NCBI GenBank assembly: GCA_964426415.1
Contig: CAYRQM010000005.1
Coordinates: 265-64,264, forward strand
Length of the DNA: 64,000 nucleotides
Direction of reading: 5' to 3'
Origin: an uncultured Christensenella sp.
GTDB lineage: Bacteria; Bacillota; Clostridia; Christensenellales; CAG-138
This document shows, piece after piece, positions 9,341-17,056 of the stretch. The position numbers and the translations under genes were made by a program. Numbering within the stretch: the first letter of the stretch is position 1; every line of letters begins with the position of its first letter. The notes below the pieces were generated by a model. It was not told the DNA's origin and ran no database searches. It worked only from the letters and a program-made list of their open reading frames with translations.

Positions 9341-11093
9341 GGTCGATCTCCTCCTTTGTCAACTGGGATTCCGCAATCTCGCGGTAGACGGCGCAGGAGT
9401 TGAGCAGCTCCTTGTGGGTGCCGTTGCCCACAACTCTGCCCTCGTCCAGCACGATGATGCGGTCGGCGTCCATAATGGTGCCGATGCGTTGTGCCACGAT
9501 CAGGCTGGTCACGCCTGCCGTTTCTTTCTTGAGCGCCGTGCGCAGCACCCGATCGGTGCGGTAGTCCAGCGCGGAGAAGGAATCGTCGAACACGTAGATT
9601 TCGGGATGGCGGCAGACGGCACGCGCAATGGACAGCCGCTGCTTCTGCCCGCCCGATACGTTGGAACCGCCTTGGGCGATGCGGGCGTCGTAGCCGCCTT
9701 CCATCGCTTCGACAAATTCGGACGCTTGGGCGATGTACACCGCATCGGTCACGTCGTCGGTGGTGATGGTCTTGCCGTTTTCGCCGTAGCCCACATTGCT
9801 GCGCACCGTGCCGGAGAACAGCACCGCACGCTGCGGCACATAGCCGAGTTTGTCGCGCAGCGCCTCCTGCTTGTAGTCGCGCACGTCCACGCCGTCAATC
9901 AGCACTTGCCCTTCCGTGGCGTCGTAGAACCGCGGCACAAGGTTGATGAGCGTGCTCTTGCCGCTGCCCGTCGAGCCGATGAACGCTACGGTCTCGCCCT
10001 TGTTCGCCTTGAAGCTCACGTCATGCAGCACATATTCCGCCGCGTCGGGGTACTTGAAGCTCACGTTTTGGAATTCGACTTCGCCCACGCAATTGGCGTT
10101 GACGGGCTTGCCTGTGCCGTCTTGAATTTTGCTTTCGGTGTCCAGCACCTCTTTGATGCGCTTGGCTGCCACCGATGCGCGGGGCAGGATGATGAACGTC
10201 ATGGTCAGCATCATAAACGCCATGATAATCTGCATCGCATAGGAGGAGTACACCACCATATCGGAGAAGATGCCAAGCTTGTTGCCCATCACGGCGCCGT
10301 TGATGAGGTATGCGCCGATCCAATAGATTGCCAAGGTCAAGCCCGACATCAGAAGCCGCATCGCGGGACTCAGCATCGACGTGGCACGGTTGGCAAACAC
10401 GTTCGTGCGGGTCAGCGTATCGTTGGCAGCTTCGAATTTGTCCTCTTGATACTGCTCGGCGTTGTAGGCGCGCACCACGCGAATGCCCGTCAGATTTTCC
10501 CGCGCAACGCGGTTGAGGTCGTCGGTCAAGCGCTGAATCTTGGTGAACTTCGGCAGCGTGATGGAGACGGTTGTGAGAATCACGACAAGCAGCACGAACA
10601 CCGCGACGCCCGTCGTCAGCGACCATTGCCAATTCTTTCCCGATATTTTGACAATCGCCCACACCGCCAAGATGGGGGATTTGACCAGCGCCTGCAAGCC
10701 CAGCGCCACGAACGTCTGAATCTGGGTGATGTCGTTGGTGGAACGGGTGATGAGGCTCGCCGTAGAAAAGTGGCCGATCTCCTCCATGGAAAACGACATA
10801 GTCTTGTCGTAGACCGCTTCCCGCAGCCGCATCGCAAGGCCTGCCGCAATCTTTGCCACAAAGTAGCCCACGATCACCGTAGCCGCCAGACTGCCCAGCG
10901 CGCACAGCAGCATGTAGCCGCCCGCGATGAGGATGTCGCCCATGGCGCTGCCCTGCGTTTGTACCAGCGTGGTAATCTCGGACATATAGTCGGGCAGCTT
11001 GAGATCCAGCCACACCTGCGCGACGATGAACGCCAAGCTGATTGCGGCGAAGCACCAATCGCGTCGATTGAGATACTTGAATAATTTGATCAT
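9333..11093 (-). CDS. heterodimeric ABC exporter subunit (TMD-NBD), degenerate ATP site
   Basis: Walker A GSTGSGKST, signature VSGGQKQR, Walker B IYVFDDSFSALD with Asp where the catalytic Glu is normally found. Confidence 0.9.
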   Translation of the reverse strand: MIKLFKYLNRRDWCFAAISLAFIVAQVWLDLKLPDYMSEITTLVQTQGSAMGDILIAGGYMLLCALGSLAATVIVGYFVAKIAAGLAMRLREAVYDKTMSFSMEEIGHFSTASLITRSTNDITQIQTFVALGLQALVKSPILAVWAIVKISGKNWQWSLTTGVAVFVLLVVILTTVSITLPKFTKIQRLTDDLNRVARENLTGIRVVRAYNAEQYQEDKFEAANDTLTRTNVFANRATSMLSPAMRLLMSGLTLAIYWIGAYLINGAVMGNKLGIFSDMVVYSSYAMQIIMAFMMLTMTFIILPRASVAAKRIKEVLDTESKIQDGTGKPVNANCVGEVEFQNVSFKYPDAAEYVLHDVSFKANKGETVAFIGSTGSGKSTLINLVPRFYDATEGQVLIDGVDVRDYKQEALRDKLGYVPQRAVLFSGTVRSNVGYGENGKTITTDDVTDAVYIAQASEFVEAMEGGYDARIAQGGSNVSGGQKQRLSIARAVCRHPEIYVFDDSFSALDYRTDRVLRTALKKETAGVTSLIVAQRIGTIMDADRIIVLDEGRVVGNGTHKELLNSCAVYREIAESQLTKEEIDHA

Positions 11094-11108
11094 ACGTTCC
11101 TTTCCGTG

Positions 11109-11879
11109 CTATACGATCGGTTCGCTCAGGTGGCGCAGCCGTTCGAACAGCAAATCCTCCTCCGTTTGAATATCTTTGCCCGCGTCAATCTGCTTGCGCA
11201 GCGCCAGCATTTCGGCGTCGATGGACGAAATGGCGTCGGCGCACACCTTGAGCCGCGCTTCGATCTCGGATTCTTGGGGCGTCGCCTGCTTGTATTTCAT
11301 CTGATGCTCCAAGCTCGCCCAAAAGTCCATGGCGATGGTGCGGATCTGCACCTCGACCTTGACGTCGCGGCGCTCGTTGGCAAAGAACACGGGCACGCTG
11401 ACAATCATGTGGTAGCTGCGATAGCCGTTGGGCTTGGGATTTTGGATGTAGTCCTTCTTTGCCAACAGCGTGATGTCGTCCTGCCGCAGCAGCGATTCCG
11501 CCAGCCGATAGATGTCGTCCTTGTAGGAACAGATGATGCGAATGCCCGCTACGTCGTTGATGTTTTCTTCGATTGCCGCCCGCGTGATGGGCAGGGATTT
11601 GCGCATCATCTTCATGATGATGCTGGTGTTGCTCTTGAGCCGCGTCTCGATGTGCGAGATGGGGTTGCGCTTGTAGCGCACGTTGAATTCGGTGTTGAGC
11701 ACCTCGAATTTCGTGCGAATCTCCTTGATCGCACACGCGTACATCATCAGCAGCTCCTTGAATCCCAGCATGGATTCGAGCATTTGTTTCGTTTTCTGCA
11801 CATCCGAAAGCGTGTCGCTTTTCGACAGGATTTGCAGCGCGTCGGCATACCGTTCCGTATCGTTGGGTGTTTGTTCCAA
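11109..11879 (-). CDS. small alarmone synthetase (RelP/RelQ-type GTP pyrophosphokinase)
   Basis: RelA/SpoT synthetase motifs GIRIICSYKDDIY, YRSYHMIV and EVQIRTIAMDFWASLEH. TTG start 8 nt after AAAGGAG. The stop is only 15 nt from the ABC gene start. Confidence 0.85.
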   Translation of the reverse strand: MEQTPNDTERYADALQILSKSDTLSDVQKTKQMLESMLGFKELLMMYACAIKEIRTKFEVLNTEFNVRYKRNPISHIETRLKSNTSIIMKMMRKSLPITRAAIEENINDVAGIRIICSYKDDIYRLAESLLRQDDITLLAKKDYIQNPKPNGYRSYHMIVSVPVFFANERRDVKVEVQIRTIAMDFWASLEHQMKYKQATPQESEIEARLKVCADAISSIDAEMLALRKQIDAGKDIQTEEDLLFERLRHLSEPIV

Positions 11880-11994
11880 GTGCAGCGCTCCTTTCTGCGT
11901 CCTTCCTATTTTGTGCCATGGTACCTTGGAAAAAGAAACGGAAGATAAACTTTTGGGGCAAACGTGCAGAAGTTTTCCTTCCGTTCACTTTTTG

Positions 11995-12003
11995 TGCTAT
12001 ACT
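11995..12003 (+). promoter_or_regulatory. extended -10 promoter element of the two-component operon
   Basis: TGcTATACT, 20 nt upstream of the ATG at 12024. An AAAGGAGG SD lies between them. Confidence 0.5.
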
Positions 12004-12023
12004 GAAGGAAAAGGAGGTGCGCC

Positions 12024-12698
12024 ATGTTCCATGTTATGGTCGTTGAGGACGATCTTCACACGCGCAAGTGGATGGAAGCCATCCTGAAGCGCGACGGCTA
12101 TACGGTCTGCACGGCACAGGACGGGCAGGACGCTTTGGACACGATGGAACGGCAGCACGTCGATTTGATTGTGTTGGATGTGATGATGCCAAGGATGGAC
12201 GGCTATGCGTTTGCCGCCGCCCTGCGCGCCGCCGACAATCCCATTCCGATTTTGATGGTCACCGCAAAGCAGCTGCCCGCCGACAAACGGCGCGGCTTCT
12301 TGGCGGGCACCGACGACTATATGACCAAGCCCGTGGACGCGGACGAAATGCTGCTGCGCATCAAGGCGCTCTTGCGGCGCGCCCACATCGTGAGCCGTCG
12401 GCAGCTCACGGTGGGCGATCTGACGCTGGACTACGACGCGCTGACCGTGACGCAAAACGGCGTCGCGCAAGCACTGCCGCAAAAGGAGTTTCTGCTGCTG
12501 TACTTGCTGCTGTCGTATCCCGGCCGCATCTTCACGCGGCTGCAGCTGATGGATGAGATTTGGGGAATGGAATCCGAAAGCGGCGACACGACGGTCAACG
12601 TACACATCAACCGCTTGCGGCGGCGCTTCGAAAACACGACCGCGTTCGACTTGGTCGCGGTGCGCGGCGTAGGCTATAAGGCGGTGATTCACCCGTGA
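12024..12698 (+). CDS. OmpR-family response regulator
   Basis: Receiver domain (VVEDD...LIVLDVMMPRMDG) plus winged-helix output domain (TVNVHINRLRRRF...VRGVGYK). Confidence 0.92.
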   Translation: MFHVMVVEDDLHTRKWMEAILKRDGYTVCTAQDGQDALDTMERQHVDLIVLDVMMPRMDGYAFAAALRAADNPIPILMVTAKQLPADKRRGFLAGTDDYMTKPVDADEMLLRIKALLRRAHIVSRRQLTVGDLTLDYDALTVTQNGVAQALPQKEFLLLYLLLSYPGRIFTRLQLMDEIWGMESESGDTTVNVHINRLRRRFENTTAFDLVAVRGVGYKAVIHP

Positions 12699-13735
12699 AA
12701 AAAAGCCGTCGCCGCTTTGGCTTACCGCTTCTCTTTTCGATGATCGTCTTTGCCATTTTGTTGGTAACGGCGTTTCTGATGGGCGCATTGGCGGCTGTCC
12801 TGTATCACTATGGCGTTTGGGACGCCATCGGGCAGCGCACGCCGCTGCTGCCGCTGCTGGTGCTGCTGGTGGTGAGCGTGCTCATCGGCACGCTCGTTGC
12901 CGCCATGATGGGGCGCTTCGTTTTGCGGCCCGTGCGCAGCGTCATTCGCGCCACCAATCAGCTCGCTTCGGGCGACTTTTCTGCGCGGCTCGACCTCAAG
13001 CATCCGCCCGAAATGGCGGAGCTGTCCGACAGCTTCAACCGCATGGCGACGGAGCTTGGCAGCACGGAGCTACTGCGTTCCGATTTTGTCAACAATTTTT
13101 CGCACGAGTTCAAAACGCCCATCGTGTCCATCCGCGGCTTCGCGCAAATGCTGAAATATGGCGATCTGACCGAATCGGAGCGCAATGAATATTTGGATAT
13201 CGTGATTGCGGAATCCACGCGGCTGTCCGGACTTGCGACAAACGTGCTCAATCTGACCAAGGTGGAGAATCAAACGATTCTCACCGAGCAAGCGTGGTTC
13301 AACGTCAGCGAACAAATCCGCGACGTGGTGGTGCTGCTGCAGCAAAAATGGGAAGAAAAGCAGCTCGACGTGACCATCGACGGCGACGACGTGCTGCTGT
13401 TTGGCAATGCGGAGCTTTTGGGGCAGGTGTGGCGCAATCTATTCGACAACGCCGTGAAATTCTCGCCCGTCGGCGGGCAGGTGCGGCTGAAGCTCCGCGA
13501 TACGGCGGAGGCGTTCGCGTTCGCCATCCAAAACGGCGGCGAACCGATCCCCAAGGAAGCGCAGGCGCATATCTTTGACAAGTTCTATCAAGCCGACACG
13601 TCCCACGTCACCACGGGCAACGGGCTGGGGCTGACGCTGGCGGCGCGCATCGTTTCGCTGCACGACGGCACGGTGACCTGCGCCTGTCAAGAGGGCGCCA
13701 CGGTGTTTACGGTCACGCTGCCGCATCGGCAATAG
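12695..13735 (+). CDS. sensor histidine kinase, intramembrane-sensing type
   Basis: GTGA overlap with the regulator gene. Two TM helices are separated by only about 14 residues (YHYGVWDAIGQRTP). It also has a HAMP domain, the H-box SHEFKTPIVSI and N/G boxes. Confidence 0.9.
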   Translation: MKKSRRRFGLPLLFSMIVFAILLVTAFLMGALAAVLYHYGVWDAIGQRTPLLPLLVLLVVSVLIGTLVAAMMGRFVLRPVRSVIRATNQLASGDFSARLDLKHPPEMAELSDSFNRMATELGSTELLRSDFVNNFSHEFKTPIVSIRGFAQMLKYGDLTESERNEYLDIVIAESTRLSGLATNVLNLTKVENQTILTEQAWFNVSEQIRDVVVLLQQKWEEKQLDVTIDGDDVLLFGNAELLGQVWRNLFDNAVKFSPVGGQVRLKLRDTAEAFAFAIQNGGEPIPKEAQAHIFDKFYQADTSHVTTGNGLGLTLAARIVSLHDGTVTCACQEGATVFTVTLPHRQ

Positions 13736-13748
13736 CTTATCCTCTCGG

Positions 13749-14513
13749 TCAAGTTTGCCATTGCGCGCCCATCTCCCGCATCCAAGCGCCCACGTCCATG
13801 CCGTAAGCGGCGTTCAGATAGGTTGGGTCGAACACCTGTGCCGTTTCGCCCTGCGCCACGGTCTTGCCGTGGTCCAGCAGCAGCGCGTGGGTGCCATACA
13901 CCTTGGCAAGCGACAGGTCGTGCACCACGCTGATGGCGGCGCGGCCTTCGCCTTTGAGCCATGTGGCGATGAGCGCAAAAATCTGTTTTTGATAGACCAA
14001 ATCCAAATGGTTGGTCGGCTCGTCCAAAATGAGAATCTTGGGGTCTTGCGCCAAGACCTGCGCCAAGAACGTGCGCTGCAGCTCGCCGCCCGACAGCGTC
14101 AGAACGGACTGCTGTTCCAGCGCTTCCATTCCTGTCAGTCGGAGTGCGCGGCGCACCTTTTCTTCGTCGTCGCCGCACTTTTTTGAGAACGCATTTTTGG
14201 TATAGGCGTAGCGTCCCATCCGCACGACCTCGCCCACGGTAAACGAATAGCCCACAAAGTGCGCTTGGGACAAAACGCCCATGCGCTGCGCGATTTCGTG
14301 CGGGCGCCACCGGCGCACATCCTGCCCCAAATAGGCGATGCGCCCTGTATACGGCGCCGTTTGCGCGATGGCGTTGACCAGTGTGGACTTGCCCGCGCCG
14401 TTGGGCCCGATGACCATGTGCCATTCGTTTTCGCAAAGCGTGCAGTTCACGCCGTCCAGCACCGTCAAATTGCCATATCGCACGGTGACATTCTGTACTT
14501 CTAAAAGCTTCAT
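13749..14513 (-). CDS. ABC transporter ATP-binding protein (FecE/BtuD-like)
   Basis: MKLLEVQNVTVRYG..., Walker A GPNGAGKST, LSGGELQR, ILILDEPTNHLD. ATGA overlap with the permease gene. The upstream ORF extension to 14765 lies inside the permease gene. Confidence 0.9.
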   Translation of the reverse strand: MKLLEVQNVTVRYGNLTVLDGVNCTLCENEWHMVIGPNGAGKSTLVNAIAQTAPYTGRIAYLGQDVRRWRPHEIAQRMGVLSQAHFVGYSFTVGEVVRMGRYAYTKNAFSKKCGDDEEKVRRALRLTGMEALEQQSVLTLSGGELQRTFLAQVLAQDPKILILDEPTNHLDLVYQKQIFALIATWLKGEGRAAISVVHDLSLAKVYGTHALLLDHGKTVAQGETAQVFDPTYLNAAYGMDVGAWMREMGAQWQT

Positions 14514-15559
14514 GTTCGTGCGCTCCTTGTTTTGTAGAAGATGTAGACGAACAGCACCGCCCCCACCAGCGACGTGACCACGCCGATGGGCAGCTCCTTG
14601 GGATTGAGCAGCACACGCGCCACAAGGTCTGCCAGCATCAGGAAGATGGCGCCGCCAAACAGCGATGCGGGCAGCAAGCGCTTGTGGTTGGGGCCCGTGA
14701 TCATGCGCACCATATGGGGCACGACCAGCCCGACAAACCCGATGGTGCCGCCGATGGACACGCAAACGCCGATGAGCGCCGACACCGCAATGAGAATGAC
14801 GAGCTTGACCCGCTTCACGTTGACGCCGATGTGGGAGGCGTTCTCCTCCCCGATCGCAAAGGCGTTCAGCTCACGGCTTAAGCAAAGGATGACCGTCCCG
14901 CAAAGAAGCAGCGCGACAAACAGCACCAAGGCGTTTAGATAGCTGCTGCCTGCCAAAGAGCCCATCGTCCAAAACGTGATGTTTGCCACCTTGTCCGCCG
15001 CAAAGGTGATGATGAGGGACAGGATGCTCGAAACGAACATGGAATAAATCACGCCGATGAGGATGATGGTGTTGGTGGAAAGGGAGTAATCCAGCTTGTA
15101 GGCAAGGGTGAGGATGATGAACAGCGACAAAAACGCGAACAGCATCGCCATCACCATCGTGCCCGCCAGCGGGAACGACGGCAGCGTGACGCCGAACGCG
15201 ATGGCTATGACCGCGCCCAAGGACGCGCCGGAGGAAACGCCCAGCGTGGAGCCGTCCGCCAGCGGATTCTTGAGCAGCCCCTGCATCGCCGCGCCGCAAA
15301 GCGACAGGGACGCGCCCACCAGCGCCACGCACAGCACCCGCGGCAGCCGCACCGATGCGATGATGGCGGGCGACGTGATGCTGTCGGGAATGGGAATGCC
15401 GAAGATGGTGTCCCACAGGATGGTAAACGTTTCACCCAAGGGCTTGGTGACGCTGCCGACGCTCACGCAAAGGAGAAACGTCAGCACCAGCGCGCCCGCA
15501 AACGCCACATATGCCCACCACGGGAACCGTTCTTGTCTTTGTTTCATACTGCCTTTCAA
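14510..15559 (-). CDS. FecCD/BtuC-family ABC permease
   Basis: 349-aa polytopic membrane protein with the typical FecCD pattern (...GASLGAVIAI..., ...LLPASLFGGAIFLMLADLVAR...). Confidence 0.88.
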   Translation of the reverse strand: MKGSMKQRQERFPWWAYVAFAGALVLTFLLCVSVGSVTKPLGETFTILWDTIFGIPIPDSITSPAIIASVRLPRVLCVALVGASLSLCGAAMQGLLKNPLADGSTLGVSSGASLGAVIAIAFGVTLPSFPLAGTMVMAMLFAFLSLFIILTLAYKLDYSLSTNTIILIGVIYSMFVSSILSLIITFAADKVANITFWTMGSLAGSSYLNALVLFVALLLCGTVILCLSRELNAFAIGEENASHIGVNVKRVKLVILIAVSALIGVCVSIGGTIGFVGLVVPHMVRMITGPNHKRLLPASLFGGAIFLMLADLVARVLLNPKELPIGVVTSLVGAVLFVYIFYKTRSART

Positions 15560-15601
15560 AAGAATCGGGGAACGCGCATGCCTTCCCCGATTTGTCCAAT
15601 C

Positions 15602-16612
15602 TTATGCCGCATCTGTGCCGTACACGAAGTCGAACAGCGCTTTGGCGCCGTCCGCCAGCCGCGGTGCGGGACGCGACAGCTCATTGTTTTGTAGGTTGAG
15701 GATCGCACCGTTTTGCACAGCGGTCACGCTCTCCCAGCCCGTGCGGGACAGAATCTCGTCCACGGGCGTGGGGCCTTCGCCGTAGTACATGGCGATGGTC
15801 ACGATGTAGTCAGGGTTGCGCGCAAGAACCTGCTCTTCGGAAATCTCCGCCCAGCCTTCTACGTCGGCAAAGGCGTTTTTGAGCCCCAGCATTTCGGCAA
15901 TCTCGTTCATGAACGTGCCGCTGCCTGCCGTCCAAAGCCCGTATTCCAACGGCGAAACCTCGAAATACACCGTTTTGGTGCCGTCGCCCGTGGCGTGTTC
16001 TGCCAAGTCCTGCAGCGTCGTTTGCACCTGCGCGACGACGGCGGCTGCTTCTGCGTCCTTGCCCATCAGGGCGCCGATCATTTGAATGGCGGTGTAGACG
16101 CCCGCAATGTCCTGCGCGTCGGAAACGACCACCCGAACGCCCGCTTTTTCCAACGCGGCGACCTGTTCTTCGGGCTGCGCCATCGCTGCCATCAGCAGCA
16201 CCTGCGGCTCCAGCGCGATGATCTGTTCGATGTTCGTTTCATAGCCCGACTGTACGGCGGTTACGTCCAGCACCGCTGCGGGATAGTCGCAGTACGCGCC
16301 GCGTCCGACCAGCGTATCGCCCGCGCCGATGGCGTAGAGAATCTCGCAGTCGGCAGCCGTCAACGCCACCACGCGGGTGGCAGGCGCGTCCAACGTGACT
16401 TCGCGTCCCATCATGTCGGTGATGGTGATGGCGCTGTTTGCGGGCGCATCGGTCGGCGCATCGGTCACGACAGGCGCATCCGTCACAACGGGCGCGTCGG
16501 TCACGACAGGTACGTCCGCCTGCGGCGCGTCGGTCTTGGCACAGCCCGCAAAGGCGGACAGCGCCAGCGCCAACACAAGGAACAGGACAAGGATCTTTTT
16601 TTGGTGTTTCAT
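15602..16612 (-). CDS. ABC substrate-binding lipoprotein (BtuF/TroA-like)
   Basis: MKHQKKILVLFLVLALALSAFAGC lipobox. The linker contains a tandem VVTDAP x3 repeat, followed by a periplasmic-binding-protein fold. Confidence 0.85.
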   Translation of the reverse strand: MKHQKKILVLFLVLALALSAFAGCAKTDAPQADVPVVTDAPVVTDAPVVTDAPTDAPANSAITITDMMGREVTLDAPATRVVALTAADCEILYAIGAGDTLVGRGAYCDYPAAVLDVTAVQSGYETNIEQIIALEPQVLLMAAMAQPEEQVAALEKAGVRVVVSDAQDIAGVYTAIQMIGALMGKDAEAAAVVAQVQTTLQDLAEHATGDGTKTVYFEVSPLEYGLWTAGSGTFMNEIAEMLGLKNAFADVEGWAEISEEQVLARNPDYIVTIAMYYGEGPTPVDEILSRTGWESVTAVQNGAILNLQNNELSRPAPRLADGAKALFDFVYGTDAA

Positions 16613-16657
16613 TCTGAAATACCCCTTTCAAATATTCAAATGAATAGGTGGAGAGGG

Positions 16658-16690
16658 GTAAAAAAGCCCCTTCCCAATTTGGGAGGAGCA
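16658..16690 (-). terminator. terminator hairpin forming the riboswitch expression platform
   Basis: Minus strand reads CUCCUCCC-aaauu-GGGAAGGGG (one bulged A) followed by CUUUUUU. It lies between the riboswitch core and the SBP gene SD. Confidence 0.65.
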
Positions 16691-16744
16691 ACCAAAGCGC
16701 GCGATGGATTGGATCGCAAAACGCAGCCCCACCCCGGGAGCATT

Positions 16745-16915
16745 TCATGTGCAGACAGGTCTCCCGACTTAGCATCCCCCTACTTGGACGCCTTCCCGCC
16801 CTTCGGCAGTGGCTTACTTGTCCGTTCGTCCGCATCACGGTTACCGGGATAGTTCGGAATTTGCATCCGATTCCCTCACAGGCGTTCGCCTGCGGCGCAT
16901 CTCTGCGCAAAAGCA
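16745..16915 (-). promoter_or_regulatory. cobalamin (B12) riboswitch
   Basis: The minus strand contains GAGGGAAUCGGAUGCAAAUUCCGAACUAUCCCGGUAACCGUGA, GCCACUGCCGAAGGGCGGGAAGGCG and the B12-box AAGUCGGGAGACCUGUC. These are in the order expected for Rfam RF00174, upstream of a BtuFCD-like operon. Confidence 0.85.
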
Positions 16916-16937
16916 CACGCTATTCATCTGTACTGTC

Positions 16938-16966
16938 AGTATAAATCAAATCGGAAACGGTGTCAA
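16938..16966 (-). promoter_or_regulatory. consensus sigma-A promoter driving the riboswitch operon
   Basis: Minus strand reads TTGACA (16961-16966), an exact 17-nt spacer, then TATACT (16938-16943). Confidence 0.75.
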
Positions 16967-16999
16967 TCATCGCCGCAAATTCTCGAAACGGTTTACCAA

Positions 17000-17046
17000 A
17001 TCCCAATCGATTTGGGATAAAGCAAGGGCGGGTCTTGCCCGCCCTC
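17000..17046 (-). terminator. tandem-hairpin terminator after the second ABC exporter
   Basis: AGGGCGGG-tcttg-CCCGCCCT (17025-17045) and ATCCCAA-tcgat-TTGGGAT (17001-17019) lie directly after the stop at 17057. The U-tract is weak. Confidence 0.5.
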
Positions 17047-17056
17047 ACTGTCGTAT

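Noticed and set aside
9153-11084. Long plus-strand ORFs of 417-643 aa opposite the ABC exporter genes (also 8150-9403, 17072-18886 and 18852-20564)
   Set aside because: All are antisense to genes with complete Walker A, signature and Walker B motifs. Their translations are Arg/Gly/His-rich nonsense.
11109-11879. Toxic SAS (toxSAS) toxin-antitoxin module
   Set aside because: The sequence has the housekeeping RelP/RelQ pattern and length. There is no small adjacent antitoxin ORF. The downstream genes are ABC exporter subunits.
13749-14765. N-terminally extended ORF versions from the track (13749-14765, 27933-29753, 29618-30757, 31694-32683, 33452-34333, 22996-24810, 45384-46310, 46160-47161, 53030-54028, 54186-55049, 56136-57347, 58326-62390, 39007-40848, 43380-45347)
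   Set aside because: In each case an internal ATG is preceded by a GGAGG-type SD, or is the point of a 4-nt ATGA overlap with the upstream gene. That ATG also begins the recognisable domain or signal peptide. The extensions overlap the upstream gene or intergenic repeats.
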